Virus record (IMG/VR): IMGVR_UViG_3300029305_004474
Coordinates: 36,752-100,751 of that record
DNA from: a virus
Lineage: Duplodnaviria > Caudoviricetes
Direction: 5' to 3' (one strand)
DNA length: 64,000 bases
Below, piece after piece: positions 1 to 9,347 of this stretch. Position numbers and translations under genes: made by a program. The notes beneath the pieces are model-generated. The model saw only the letters and a program-made list of their open reading frames with translations. It did no database searches and was not told the DNA's origin. How positions within the stretch are numbered: the stretch's first letter is position 1; each line of letters starts with the position of its first letter.

Positions 1-3000
1 TTTGAACAGCATTGAATCCTTTGCCGATAAGATTCATGCTACCATCTTTTTTTGTGGTGAAACTATCATACCATCTACGCTTATGCGTATCTGCAAAATG
101 ATCTTTACCTTCTTCAGCCTCTGCTCCAAGAGCTTGAGCTGCTGCAGTTTCCTCAGCTTCTCTTATTAGTTCAGCCTCTGCTAAATCTTCTTCGTCTTCT
201 TCTTTATCTATGTCTTCATATGCATCCATAATCGAATCACTAATAAGATTTTTTATGGTTGCTAACCAATTATGCAGTCCTATTTTTTTACCTTTGGATT
301 CTAAGTCAGCTTGATGAATAATGGCACGACTTGCAATATCCTCACCAACCCAATTAGCCTCGGTAAATTCTTGCATAGTTTCAGTCATATCAACATCATT
401 ATCTACGCTAGTTTTTGGCTTGAGCCCTTCATATAAATAATCATACTTATCCTGAACCACATCGATTAATCTATTCAAAGAACTAAAGTCTTCATTTTTA
501 TATTCTCGCATTAATTCAGTATGAATAAAAGGAGGAATAATTTTTCTATTTAAAAGATCATCAAATAAATCTGTATTGTCAATGCTAGCTTTTCTTTCTT
601 CTTCACGAAGTTTAATTTCTTCTTCTTTCTCTTCTGCTCTGATTTCTTCGATAACTTCTTCATATGATTTCACATTTACTACATTTTTTCTCTGTTCCAT
701 CATACGGTCATATGTTTCTTTATCTATATAAAATTCTCTACCTTCGGCTTCTGCTAAAGCTTGAGCTTCTTGAAATCTTTCTAATATATCTTCTGATAAA
801 TCAATATCACCTCTAAGAAATTTAGATATCATACCAATATCTTTAGTAGTAACATTAAATTTCTTATATAATCTAGAATTTCTAGTATCAATAGCTTTAT
901 CAACTTCTTCAGTTACTATATCTGCACTACGAGCAGCAGATGTAACTCTAAGGTGTTCAAAAATATTCTCAAGAATATTTAATACTTTACCCTGGTATTT
1001 TTCGGTAGCCTCTTTATGGGCATCATCTTTAGTTTTTGATTCCTCGATTTTTGCTTCAAGAGTTTTAGCTAATAAATTCTCCGTACCGAATTCTCCGTAC
1101 TTAGATTGCCAATCTTTTCGACGGTACATGAACTCTTTAACTTGAGATTCAGTTTTAATCCCGTCCCCAATAATACCAAGTTTTCTCAATTGTCTAACGC
1201 GCTCATCTAATACTTCATCAGTCCAGCCCATGTCTTCATTATATCTGTCTTGCTTTTTCCATTTAGATGCTAAGCGTTCACTTTGTCTGAAATTCTCACG
1301 ATTTTGTTTTTCGACGTCATGCTTCTTCTTTGCTAAGTTGTAATTTGCCAACGCTTGAAACCATCCCAAACGGTTTCTTCCAGCCGCATCCATGCCCTCT
1401 CCCCATTCTCCTCGGGCTGCCGCTTCAACTGCTTCATCAGCAAATCCACCCATTCCTAATAAATCTTTAGCACGATCTCTTAGTCTAAGTAAAGAACCAA
1501 ATCTTCTATTGTATTTATCGCCTGCATCATCTACAGTCCATTTACCAGTTAAATCATCAAATAATGCATTTCTATATGCTTTATCTTCTTGCTTACGTTT
1601 ACGATATTGAGTAAGAGCCAATAACTTAAGTGGCATTGTAGCAGCTCCGCCAACAAACTGTGCAGTATATCTAGTAGCTTTACCTGCTAAATTAAATCCT
1701 CCACTTACTGCCCTGGTAATAGGAGACAATAATCTTTCAATGCCACCACTAAAGATAGCAATAATATTTTCTCCAACTGTATCAAATGTTTCTTTTACAG
1801 TATCGGTTAATTCTCTCTTAAATTTAGAAAAATCGTCTGCTATTGGACCAAATGCCAATTTAAATGGTAATTCTATATTTTTCTTAGCCCATATTCCAAA
1901 ATCGCTAAGATTATCTTCTATAGTATGCTTCATAGGTATAATAGCTTCATCCATGATAAGTTCCATACTTCTATGAATTAAACCATTCTTATGACGAGAT
2001 GCAACACCTTCTTCATCTATATATTCATCACCAAAGAGATACCTATTGAATCTATCTGTATTCGAAGCAATGCCTAATCCAAGACCAGCAATAGCCATTC
2101 CCACAGGTCCACCAAGTGTAAGTGCTCCACCTAATAATCCCATCTCGGCTAAAGCAGCTCCACCAATTAATCCAAAACCTGCTCCTTTAATACCTTTTTT
2201 GAGATATTCGCTACTACTTTTAACTACTTTAGAAGTAGCATTCAGTGTTCCGGATAATATTCCTCCAGAACGTTTGTTATCAGCACCTTTGGTACCAAAC
2301 AATTTTTTCTGAAGAGTCTCATTATTTTTAAGAATACCAAGACCTAATCCTACAATACCAGCACCTATTGGTCCTGTGCCTAATAACGCACCAGTGATTA
2401 ATCCTGTAGGGGTAGGCAATCCAATTGCTCCACCTATTACATGTTTTAGCACACCTAAGGTAGCTCCACCTATCGCATATGGCATTGCTTGTTTAAAAGC
2501 ATCTGCTTGAGATTTGGTGATGATACCCTCGTGCATAATACCGTCTTTATCTTCACCGCCGAATAAAATTCGGTTCATCGTTTTAGATTTAGCAAGTAAA
2601 GTAGTACCTAAACCTACTATAGCACCACCTACCAAACCAGTAGGAAGAAACATGCTCGTTAATAATCCCCGACCACCAAGATGTAAAAGACCAATAGCAC
2701 CACCAGCCAAAGCTCCCTTTGCTAATGATTTAGGAAGATCTTTATATTTAGCATTTATCTGAGACATCTGTCTCATAAATCTATCTTTAAAATGTTTAGG
2801 ATCCTCTATAGTATCAGAAATTATAGTACTAGCATTTCCTGCACCTACAGTTATTGCATCCTCGAGTTTTTGAATTTCGTCTTTAAGCTGTTCATTCTTA
2901 GTTTCTTCAAGTTTTGCATCAATCTTTGAATCTAGTTCATTAATAGGTGTAGGTAAAGGAATTTGTGTATTAATTTGATCACCTTGATCAATAACCTCAC

Positions 3001-6000
3001 CAATTTGCTTAATTAATGCTTTACCAGTAATATTAATAACTGCATTAGTGACACCTATGGTCGCATTTTCATATCCTGCTTCATATATATGAACATTCTG
3101 TTCATTTTTCACAACTTGAGTGGTACTTTTTTGTGCTATGTTTAAATTCTGACCGCTATTTGTCAATCCCTGTATCTGTTGATTAGGTGAGCCAAATAAA
3201 TGATAATATGCCCCATATATAAGCTCATGTATATCAGCAATAGCATTATATAATATATGGGTTCGTTTTTGTGGAAGAATTTTTGAATTGATCTCGGATA
3301 ATACTTTATTAGTAGTATCTATAGGATTCACTCTTTGAGTTCTAGAAGGGTTAATATTGGTACTTTGCGGTTGTGTACTTGAGATAGAGGATTCATTGCT
3401 AAAACCTAAAGGTTTTTCATAACTAAATGCATCACTAACACCTTTAAATTTAGACATATCTTGTTTAGATATAAATCCTGTCTCAGGATCCATAACTGCC
3501 AATTTATCATCATCTGCACCTACTAAAGCTACAATGTGACCTTGCTTAGAGAATATAGAAGATAATCCTCTACTCTTACCAGCAATGATTGAAGGAATTC
3601 CATTCTTTGCATTATCAATTGCTGCAGAAAAAGAAATTTTCCTTCCTTTCAATCCTATCATAGATGCACCTTTAGTAAATAAATCCTCAGTAGCACCACC
3701 ACCAGATAAAAATCCATTCTCTCTAGCAATTTTTAATATCTCACCAGGTTTAATATTCTTATGATATAAAGAAGCTAAAAAAGATAAAGCTGTAGGTCCA
3801 CATCCCGCATTATCCATAGTACTAACTTCACCATTATCCATAATGCCAGTAATGATATTAGACCACAATGGATTATGCTGACTATAATATCCAATACCTG
3901 TACCGAAGAATTTTCGTGGTTTCTTCTTTTTAAATTCCATGGTAATACCAAGACCAGCCAATTCGTCAAAAAGATCTTCGTTTTTCTTAGTAATCCTTTT
4001 ATAAATTCCAGGATGTTCATCTCGCAATAAAGCAACGCTATTAAGCATTCTCTTAGCAAGGGTTAAATCTGCTGAGGTTATAACTTCATTTCTAATAATA
4101 CGATCTCTTATACTTTTCAATTTAGCATCGTATTCGGCTTCTATTTTTAAGTCATCTTTATATTTACCAAAACTATTTTTAATGTCTCTTAACCCTTCTG
4201 GACTAGCCCATCTAAAATATTTTTGATATTGCTCGGATTTTGCATAATCTGAATCAAATAAGCTTACCATACTACTATTAAAGAAATCACCATATAAATC
4301 CTTAGCGTATGCCAAAAGATTTTGATCCTTATCTTCATATACAGTACCATCTCTAGCAGTATAACCTTTACCAGTAATTTGATATTTTAGCCAATTAATC
4401 ATTGGTGTTAAAATACCTTCTTCGTCCCCGAATAATTTTTCTCTAAGAAGGTTGAGAGTGCTATTTGGATCATCCCCAAATACTTTTTGAATCATACCAT
4501 CTTTACTGAAAAAATCCCTATACATAGGAACAAGAAGATTGCTATGAAGACTCATAACAAGACCTTGAATCATATTCTCGGTTCTGCCAGTAGCGATAGA
4601 TTCACCTATTGTCATATTGATCGATTTATTCTTAGCATCGTTCATGCTATCATAATCAATATTACCATATTCATCAAATTTATATCCTGAACGTTTTCTG
4701 AATTTATCTGCTTGAGAAGATGCAATTTTACCTTCTTTCTCAAGTCCGATTCTTTCTCTTTCGGCATTTTCTTCATATATTTCACGATGGAATTCAGGAA
4801 TGAATGCTCTAACAGTAATGCCTTCTCCAATTGTTTTAATTGCATCTCCTATAGCACTACCTATCTCATCTCCTCCGAGTAAGTCACGTTCTCCTGTTTT
4901 TCTAATCTGATCGTAAATTCTTTTTCCAAATGCGTCTTCTCTAGAAGCAGTATACCCACCATCGTCTAATCCTAAAGCAGAATTAAACTGTCTTGGACTC
5001 ATACGAGCTTTGGATGCTTTGTCAAACGCTTCTGCTTTTCGTCTAGTGCTTTCATTAAACGCATTGAATATATTTCTATATTTTAATGATTCGGTAGATT
5101 CATCAGATATAGTGGCATAAAATTCATTCATAGATCTGGTTATTTCATTTAACGATTCTTCTATAGATGCTTGAATCTTTGCACTATCCTTTTCACTTAT
5201 CTTAGCATTACCTAAGAGAGTATTTATTCGCATTCTATACTCATCGGTATACCCAGTACCTAAAGAACCATCGTCATTAATAGTAAACATTCTCTTATTT
5301 AAAAGATCATTAATACTATTAACTAATTTTGTAACATCGTAGCTACTTGCCCCGTTTCGTTCAAGACCTTTGATCAACCTGCTAACTGGTTCAGAAAATG
5401 CTGCGTTATTCATTTCAACCATCTTTACTACAAGATCGTCCATCAACTCTTCCTGAGTTTTAAATACACCACTATCATAATCGTAATATTTCATTGCAGA
5501 ACCAGTAATAGAACTTTCAATAGATGCTAAATAGTTAGGAATTACTTGAGTCAATGCTGTTTGAGCTACACCATTCCACCCAATTACTTCATCCTTTCTA
5601 CCTTTAGACATATCTATTCTAGTCATTTGAGGTCTTTTTATACCAAGTAACCTACCAAGTAATATTTCTAAACCATTTCTTCCATTGGTTTCTAAATCAC
5701 CCAATCTATATAAAAGATGCGTAATAGCAGACGTAATTTCTCTATCTGCGTCCATTAATTTAGATTTGGTATCTACACCAATAGCTCCTCCTACAATAGA
5801 CTTTGCAAAAAACTTAGCAAAATCTTTACCCATACCTTTAACAGAACCACCCACACCACCTCTAGCAGCTGGTGCATATGTGCTGGCTAAGGTTCTTATA
5901 GCATTTATGCCCTGACCCACGGTAGTAGTATCAAAGCCTTCTCTTACTTTCTTTTTATATTCCCCTATATTAAATCCAGCACCATCCGAAAAGAATTTTT

Positions 6001-6775
6001 CTAAAGGATTCTCTTCTGGAGAATGTTCTCTAGCAATACTATTGCTTTTATTAGATGACATTTCATCTAACTTTGCTGCTATAGTAGATAATGCATTGGT
6101 AATATTTTCATTACTTGGAGATACATTTGTATTCATAAAATCTAATATACTAGATAGCAAACTATTCGTGGTACTGATACCACTCTTCATTTCTGACAAT
6201 CCGCCGTGAAGTATATTAGTTTGAGCCATGCTCATATTTTCAATAGTAGCAGCAATGGCTTTGGTACCTTCTAAATTTACATTGGCTAATGTATTAGTCA
6301 TATTAGCATTGCTTTTAATTTGTGCCAGTCCATTTACATTAATACTGCGATTTACTGCAGCCATAGCTTTAACACTTTGACTATTTGCATAATTAAAAGA
6401 ATCATTACCCTCGTCACTACTAGAAAAACTATCCTCATCAAAATCCAATGATGAATGTTCTAATTCCATAGACAATTGTCTACTTGAATAATTGGAGGAA
6501 TCGATTTTATCAACTGCTTTTATAAAAGCACTTTGAATCTTCCTCCCAAGTTTAGTCCTAGCAACATGGTTGCTATATTTATCCATGTCCGATCTAACCC
6601 TATTCAATGATTGATTAAGAGTGTTAGATGCTTCGTTATGTGCAGATGCTAAGGTTTGAGAAGTATTTGGCATTACTTCTGTAACTACTTCCTTAGTAGA
6701 CTCTGCTATCATCTGTGTCGCTGATTTGATACCTTTGACAACAGACCTAACTGTAAGTGGCGGTTTATTAGCCAT
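1..6775 (-). CDS. Very large tape-measure-like/lytic tail virion protein (>2258 aa, 3' end outside window) with internal C39-like cysteine peptidase domain
   Basis: Missing from the ORF track because it has no stop in the window. ATG at 6775 with AGGAGGT RBS at 6783-6789; same frame still open at base 2 (..DGSMNLIGKGFNAVQ). Starts MANKPPLTVRSVVKG; contains TALTQVIPNYLASIE and Gly/Ala-rich hydrophobic stretches. At ~3480-3900: YYSQHNPLW..AGCGPTALS..GHIVAL..VMDP (Q-C-H-D of C39-like peptidases). Confidence 0.8.
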   Translation of the reverse strand, partial: MANKPPLTVRSVVKGIKSATQMIAESTKEVVTEVMPNTSQTLASAHNEASNTLNQSLNRVRSDMDKYSNHVARTKLGRKIQSAFIKAVDKIDSSNYSSRQLSMELEHSSLDFDEDSFSSSDEGNDSFNYANSQSVKAMAAVNRSINVNGLAQIKSNANMTNTLANVNLEGTKAIAATIENMSMAQTNILHGGLSEMKSGISTTNSLLSSILDFMNTNVSPSNENITNALSTIAAKLDEMSSNKSNSIAREHSPEENPLEKFFSDGAGFNIGEYKKKVREGFDTTTVGQGINAIRTLASTYAPAARGGVGGSVKGMGKDFAKFFAKSIVGGAIGVDTKSKLMDADREITSAITHLLYRLGDLETNGRNGLEILLGRLLGIKRPQMTRIDMSKGRKDEVIGWNGVAQTALTQVIPNYLASIESSITGSAMKYYDYDSGVFKTQEELMDDLVVKMVEMNNAAFSEPVSRLIKGLERNGASSYDVTKLVNSINDLLNKRMFTINDDGSLGTGYTDEYRMRINTLLGNAKISEKDSAKIQASIEESLNEITRSMNEFYATISDESTESLKYRNIFNAFNESTRRKAEAFDKASKARMSPRQFNSALGLDDGGYTASREDAFGKRIYDQIRKTGERDLLGGDEIGSAIGDAIKTIGEGITVRAFIPEFHREIYEENAERERIGLEKEGKIASSQADKFRKRSGYKFDEYGNIDYDSMNDAKNKSINMTIGESIATGRTENMIQGLVMSLHSNLLVPMYRDFFSKDGMIQKVFGDDPNSTLNLLREKLFGDEEGILTPMINWLKYQITGKGYTARDGTVYEDKDQNLLAYAKDLYGDFFNSSMVSLFDSDYAKSEQYQKYFRWASPEGLRDIKNSFGKYKDDLKIEAEYDAKLKSIRDRIIRNEVITSADLTLAKRMLNSVALLRDEHPGIYKRITKKNEDLFDELAGLGITMEFKKKKPRKFFGTGIGYYSQHNPLWSNIITGIMDNGEVSTMDNAGCGPTALSFLASLYHKNIKPGEILKIARENGFLSGGGATEDLFTKGASMIGLKGRKISFSAAIDNAKNGIPSIIAGKSRGLSSIFSKQGHIVALVGADDDKLAVMDPETGFISKQDMSKFKGVSDAFSYEKPLGFSNESSISSTQPQSTNINPSRTQRVNPIDTTNKVLSEINSKILPQKRTHILYNAIADIHELIYGAYYHLFGSPNQQIQGLTNSGQNLNIAQKSTTQVVKNEQNVHIYEAGYENATIGVTNAVINITGKALIKQIGEVIDQGDQINTQIPLPTPINELDSKIDAKLEETKNEQLKDEIQKLEDAITVGAGNASTIISDTIEDPKHFKDRFMRQMSQINAKYKDLPKSLAKGALAGGAIGLLHLGGRGLLTSMFLPTGLVGGAIVGLGTTLLAKSKTMNRILFGGEDKDGIMHEGIITKSQADAFKQAMPYAIGGATLGVLKHVIGGAIGLPTPTGLITGALLGTGPIGAGIVGLGLGILKNNETLQKKLFGTKGADNKRSGGILSGTLNATSKVVKSSSEYLKKGIKGAGFGLIGGAALAEMGLLGGALTLGGPVGMAIAGLGLGIASNTDRFNRYLFGDEYIDEEGVASRHKNGLIHRSMELIMDEAIIPMKHTIEDNLSDFGIWAKKNIELPFKLAFGPIADDFSKFKRELTDTVKETFDTVGENIIAIFSGGIERLLSPITRAVSGGFNLAGKATRYTAQFVGGAATMPLKLLALTQYRKRKQEDKAYRNALFDDLTGKWTVDDAGDKYNRRFGSLLRLRDRAKDLLGMGGFADEAVEAAARGEWGEGMDAAGRNRLGWFQALANYNLAKKKHDVEKQNRENFRQSERLASKWKKQDRYNEDMGWTDEVLDERVRQLRKLGIIGDGIKTESQVKEFMYRRKDWQSKYGEFGTENLLAKTLEAKIEESKTKDDAHKEATEKYQGKVLNILENIFEHLRVTSAARSADIVTEEVDKAIDTRNSRLYKKFNVTTKDIGMISKFLRGDIDLSEDILERFQEAQALAEAEGREFYIDKETYDRMMEQRKNVVNVKSYEEVIEEIRAEEKEEEIKLREEERKASIDNTDLFDDLLNRKIIPPFIHTELMREYKNEDFSSLNRLIDVVQDKYDYLYEGLKPKTSVDNDVDMTETMQEFTEANWVGEDIASRAIIHQADLESKGKKIGLHNWLATIKNLISDSIMDAYEDIDKEEDEEDLAEAELIREAEETAAAQALGAEAEEGKDHFADTHKRRWYDSFTTKKDGSMNLIGKGFNAVQ

Positions 6776-6826
6776 ATAATATACCTCCTTTTACATTAAT
6801 TATTATACTATAATACCATTATAGCT

Positions 6827-6838
6827 TAACCTCGTGTT
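6827..6838 (-). promoter_or_regulatory. Late-type phage promoter AACA-N6-TA upstream of the giant tail gene
   Basis: Minus strand AACA cgaggt TA, about 50 nt upstream of the ATG; same motif precedes most structural genes in the window. Confidence 0.7.
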
Positions 6839-6867
6839 TTAATGCTATTTATACTAGAAAAGGGGAA

Positions 6868-6902
6868 TAAAAACCCCGTGGGACATTTCCCACAGGGTTT
6901 TA
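6868..6902 (-). terminator. Intrinsic terminator-like hairpin
   Basis: Minus strand AAAACCCTGTGGGA aatg TCCCACGGGGTTTT; the U-G pair only forms on the minus strand; followed by U-rich sequence. Confidence 0.6.
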
Positions 6903-8081
6903 TCCGATCTCTATATATTTTTCTTTATGTTTTCATAATGATTCCGTATTCCAACTTCAAAATATCTTTAACGACTGCTAATCTATAAATAAACCTACCT
7001 CATCATCCTGTCCTCACAAACATATCATATACTAACAAACAACTGGATCTATATTTTTACTGCACCAAAAACTATTCAACTTTTTGAAACTCATTTAAGA
7101 GCTTCTTAGAATAATTTCATTTTCCTCTTAGCAGATATAATATTAGATGCTGGGAATGTCTAACATATAATACATCATCCATAATCTGATGACTTGCCAA
7201 GTTTGCCTATATAATACTGCCTTATTTTGATAGGGAATAAACCTTCCTCTTTGATCAAAATTACTTCCATTAAATACAAAATCTATATTTCGATCTTTTA
7301 ATCATAAGTTATATTATAATTTTTAAATAATCATTTATAAAGATTAATAGTCATCTCTAATATCTCCATTGAAGTACCACTTCAATTATTCTATAGGAGA
7401 TTATAAAAGATTATCAAGATTTCAGTATATCTATTAATTATACATATAAAGGATTGGATACAGTATATCTGCTATATCGTTCTACTTTACGACGAATAAT
7501 ACTTATGTCTATATTCTATCTATCTAATTAGATATGGCTATTTACATATCCTATATTCGTATTGAATATATACCCTTTATATTCTATATTGATATAACTA
7601 TATAGAATATACTAAGTTAATTAGCAAAAGTAATACACCCTTTATCGAAATCTTTATATTGGAATAATCTATATACCATATAGATTCTAATTAATTCCAA
7701 TCTTATTAAGATTTATGTTAATGCTACATATATAAAAATTTCTATATAGGGGTTAAAAAAATAGGATTTATTCTAAATCCTATCTAAATAATACTATCCC
7801 CCTTCAAAAAACGGAGTACTGTTCCGCTCGTCATCTTCCTCATTCTCTCGCTTGTCTTCACTCGATGATTAATCATCTTCGTGAATCCATAGAAGCTCCT
7901 TCTCTCAGTCGATTTCCTCTCGTGGGTATTTCGCTCAGGTTTCCTCCCCACTCGGGTCCCCTCCTATCGCTCCATTTAACATTCTCTGAGTTTGTATCGA
8001 TATATTTCATATAGCAAACCTCATAATCATTATGTCTTCGCTTTCTACTATTTAATATTCTATTTAGTAGTTTTATACTAA

Positions 8082-8147
8082 CTCTCTCTTCCCTATTTCC
8101 TCTTCCCCCCTTCGTCCCCCCTCCTCCTCTTCCCCCTCTCTCTCTTT
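8082..8147 (-). repeat. Polypurine/polypyrimidine tract with four G-runs on the minus strand
   Basis: Plus strand ctctctcttccctatttcctcttccccccttcgtcccccctcctcctcttccccctctctctcttt. Confidence 0.85.
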
Positions 8148-8372
8148 AGTAAGAAGTTAGTATAGGAATTTTTTTATAACATAGATTTCTGAATAAAAAA
8201 TAAAATTGTGTACTACACTTAGGTAACCTTGTAAAGATGATAAGGTGTACCATTGGTATGACAACATGTTCTTTTTCTTCTACTACAACATCAAAAAAAT
8301 AAAGAACTTGTAAACATTTTTCGCCCGTTCTCCCCATTAGGATTGAGAACGGGCTCTCTCCCTTAAAAAGGA

Positions 8373-8413
8373 AAAAAAGAGTGCAAGATAAATCATATCT
8401 TGCACTCTTTTTT
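8373..8413. terminator. Bidirectional intrinsic terminator
   Basis: AAAAAAGAGTGCAAGAT aaatcat ATCTTGCACTCTTTTTT perfect stem with A/T tails. Confidence 0.75.
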
Positions 8414-8673
8414 GTTTCGTTTACAAAGCTTCCTAGTATTGCCAATAGATACTTCGGAGAGGGATGATAGTATTCAATATAAGTAATGGGAATATTTATG
8501 GAAAAATATTTTTGATAAGGTAATATCAAGTTTTATCCCTCTCAACGTTGTATCTATTTACTAAAGCAACAAAAAAATACTAGAAAGGAGATCCCTACAT
8601 CCAAAACCCAACAACAAGTTTCAGACACAAAGAAAGTTATCTAAACGTGATACAAAAAATAGTATCACAAATA

Positions 8674-8701
8674 GCTTAGGTGGCGATGAAACCACCTAAG
8701 C
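8674..8701 (-). terminator. Terminator of the HU-like gene
   Basis: GCTTAGGTGG cgatgaaa CCACCTAAGC, 10 nt past the stop at 8711. Confidence 0.7.
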
Positions 8702-8710
8702 CAAACCCAC

Positions 8711-9259
8711 CTATTTAACTTCTGCTTTAAGCCATCCTGGTACTTTGTTACCAGCCTTAAGCACAGATCGTTCCGCGGTTTTCATTGTTTTACCTGTTGG
8801 AACTTGAAGACCATTTTCGATCTTCTTTGTGGCTTCCACCTTTTCAGGTAAAATAGCCATTCCTAATGTTACTGTTGTTTCGTTTTCTTCCAATTGTGGA
8901 AGACGAATTTTTTTACCTGTTGAAAGATAATCATGCTGCACAACTTGTGCAACGTCCACGATTGCTTCTGCATGTTTCTTGCTAAATTCCATTGCATCTA
9001 ATTTAGCAAGTTCATTTTTATCCACTCCAAATTTAGCAACCACGTCTTTAAGAGAATCTCTATAAGCTTTTGCTGGGTTTTTGGATACCACTACCGGTGA
9101 ATCTGCCGACGGATTTGTATAGTAATCTACTTCACAATCTGGTTCATTAATAAACGCCGTTGCGAGTTCTACATAATCACCTTTACTATATCGTGTAGAT
9201 GTTTTTGCACTTTCATTGAGTGCTTTCATAATTTCAATGTATGACTTTGACTTTGCCAT
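8711..9259 (-). CDS. Divergent HU/IHF-like DNA-binding protein with N-terminal extension (182 aa)
   Basis: AAGGAGG RBS. C-terminal half KHAEAIVDVAQVVQHDYLSTGKKIRL...VPTGKTMKTAERSVLKAGNKVPGWLKAEVK aligns by eye to HU ([48 protein letters not shown]). Confidence 0.55.
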   Translation of the reverse strand: MAKSKSYIEIMKALNESAKTSTRYSKGDYVELATAFINEPDCEVDYYTNPSADSPVVVSKNPAKAYRDSLKDVVAKFGVDKNELAKLDAMEFSKKHAEAIVDVAQVVQHDYLSTGKKIRLPQLEENETTVTLGMAILPEKVEATKKIENGLQVPTGKTMKTAERSVLKAGNKVPGWLKAEVK

Positions 9260-9294
9260 ATAATAATGTGCCTCCTTTTGTAAGATTACTTATA

Positions 9295-9332
9295 GTGTAA
9301 ATGGCTATATAAGATATTATAGCCATTTACAC
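9295..9332 (-). terminator. Hairpin between the 370-aa gene and the HU-like gene
   Basis: GTGTAAATGGCTAT...ATAGCCATTTACAC inverted repeat. Confidence 0.55.
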
Positions 9333-9347
9333 CTACTCTAGTTTATT

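Larger units (their letters stand above)
6903..8560. other. Long non-coding region (candidate replication origin/genome-end region or large ncRNA locus)
   Basis: No credible ORF with RBS in an otherwise tightly packed genome; many inverted repeats, CTATAT repeats and a polypyrimidine tract. Confidence 0.5.

Noticed and set aside
1392-5915. Short ORFs in the track (1392, 1740, 2046, 2514, 3775, 4487, 4642, 5685)
   Set aside because: Antisense or off-frame shadows of the giant minus-strand gene 1-6775; no RBS
8146-8529. 127-aa minus-strand ORF
   Set aside because: No RBS at a usable distance, runs through a strong terminator hairpin, atypical composition
8568-8600. AACA-AAAAAA-TA followed by GAAAGGAG on the plus strand
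   Set aside because: Match arises in an A-run, no start codon follows the SD and there is no plus-strand U-tailed terminator; cannot be supported beyond chance
6776-8710. CRISPR array or tRNA cluster in the long intergenic region
   Set aside because: No regularly spaced 25-45 nt direct repeats and no cloverleaf or TTCRA T-loop context seen
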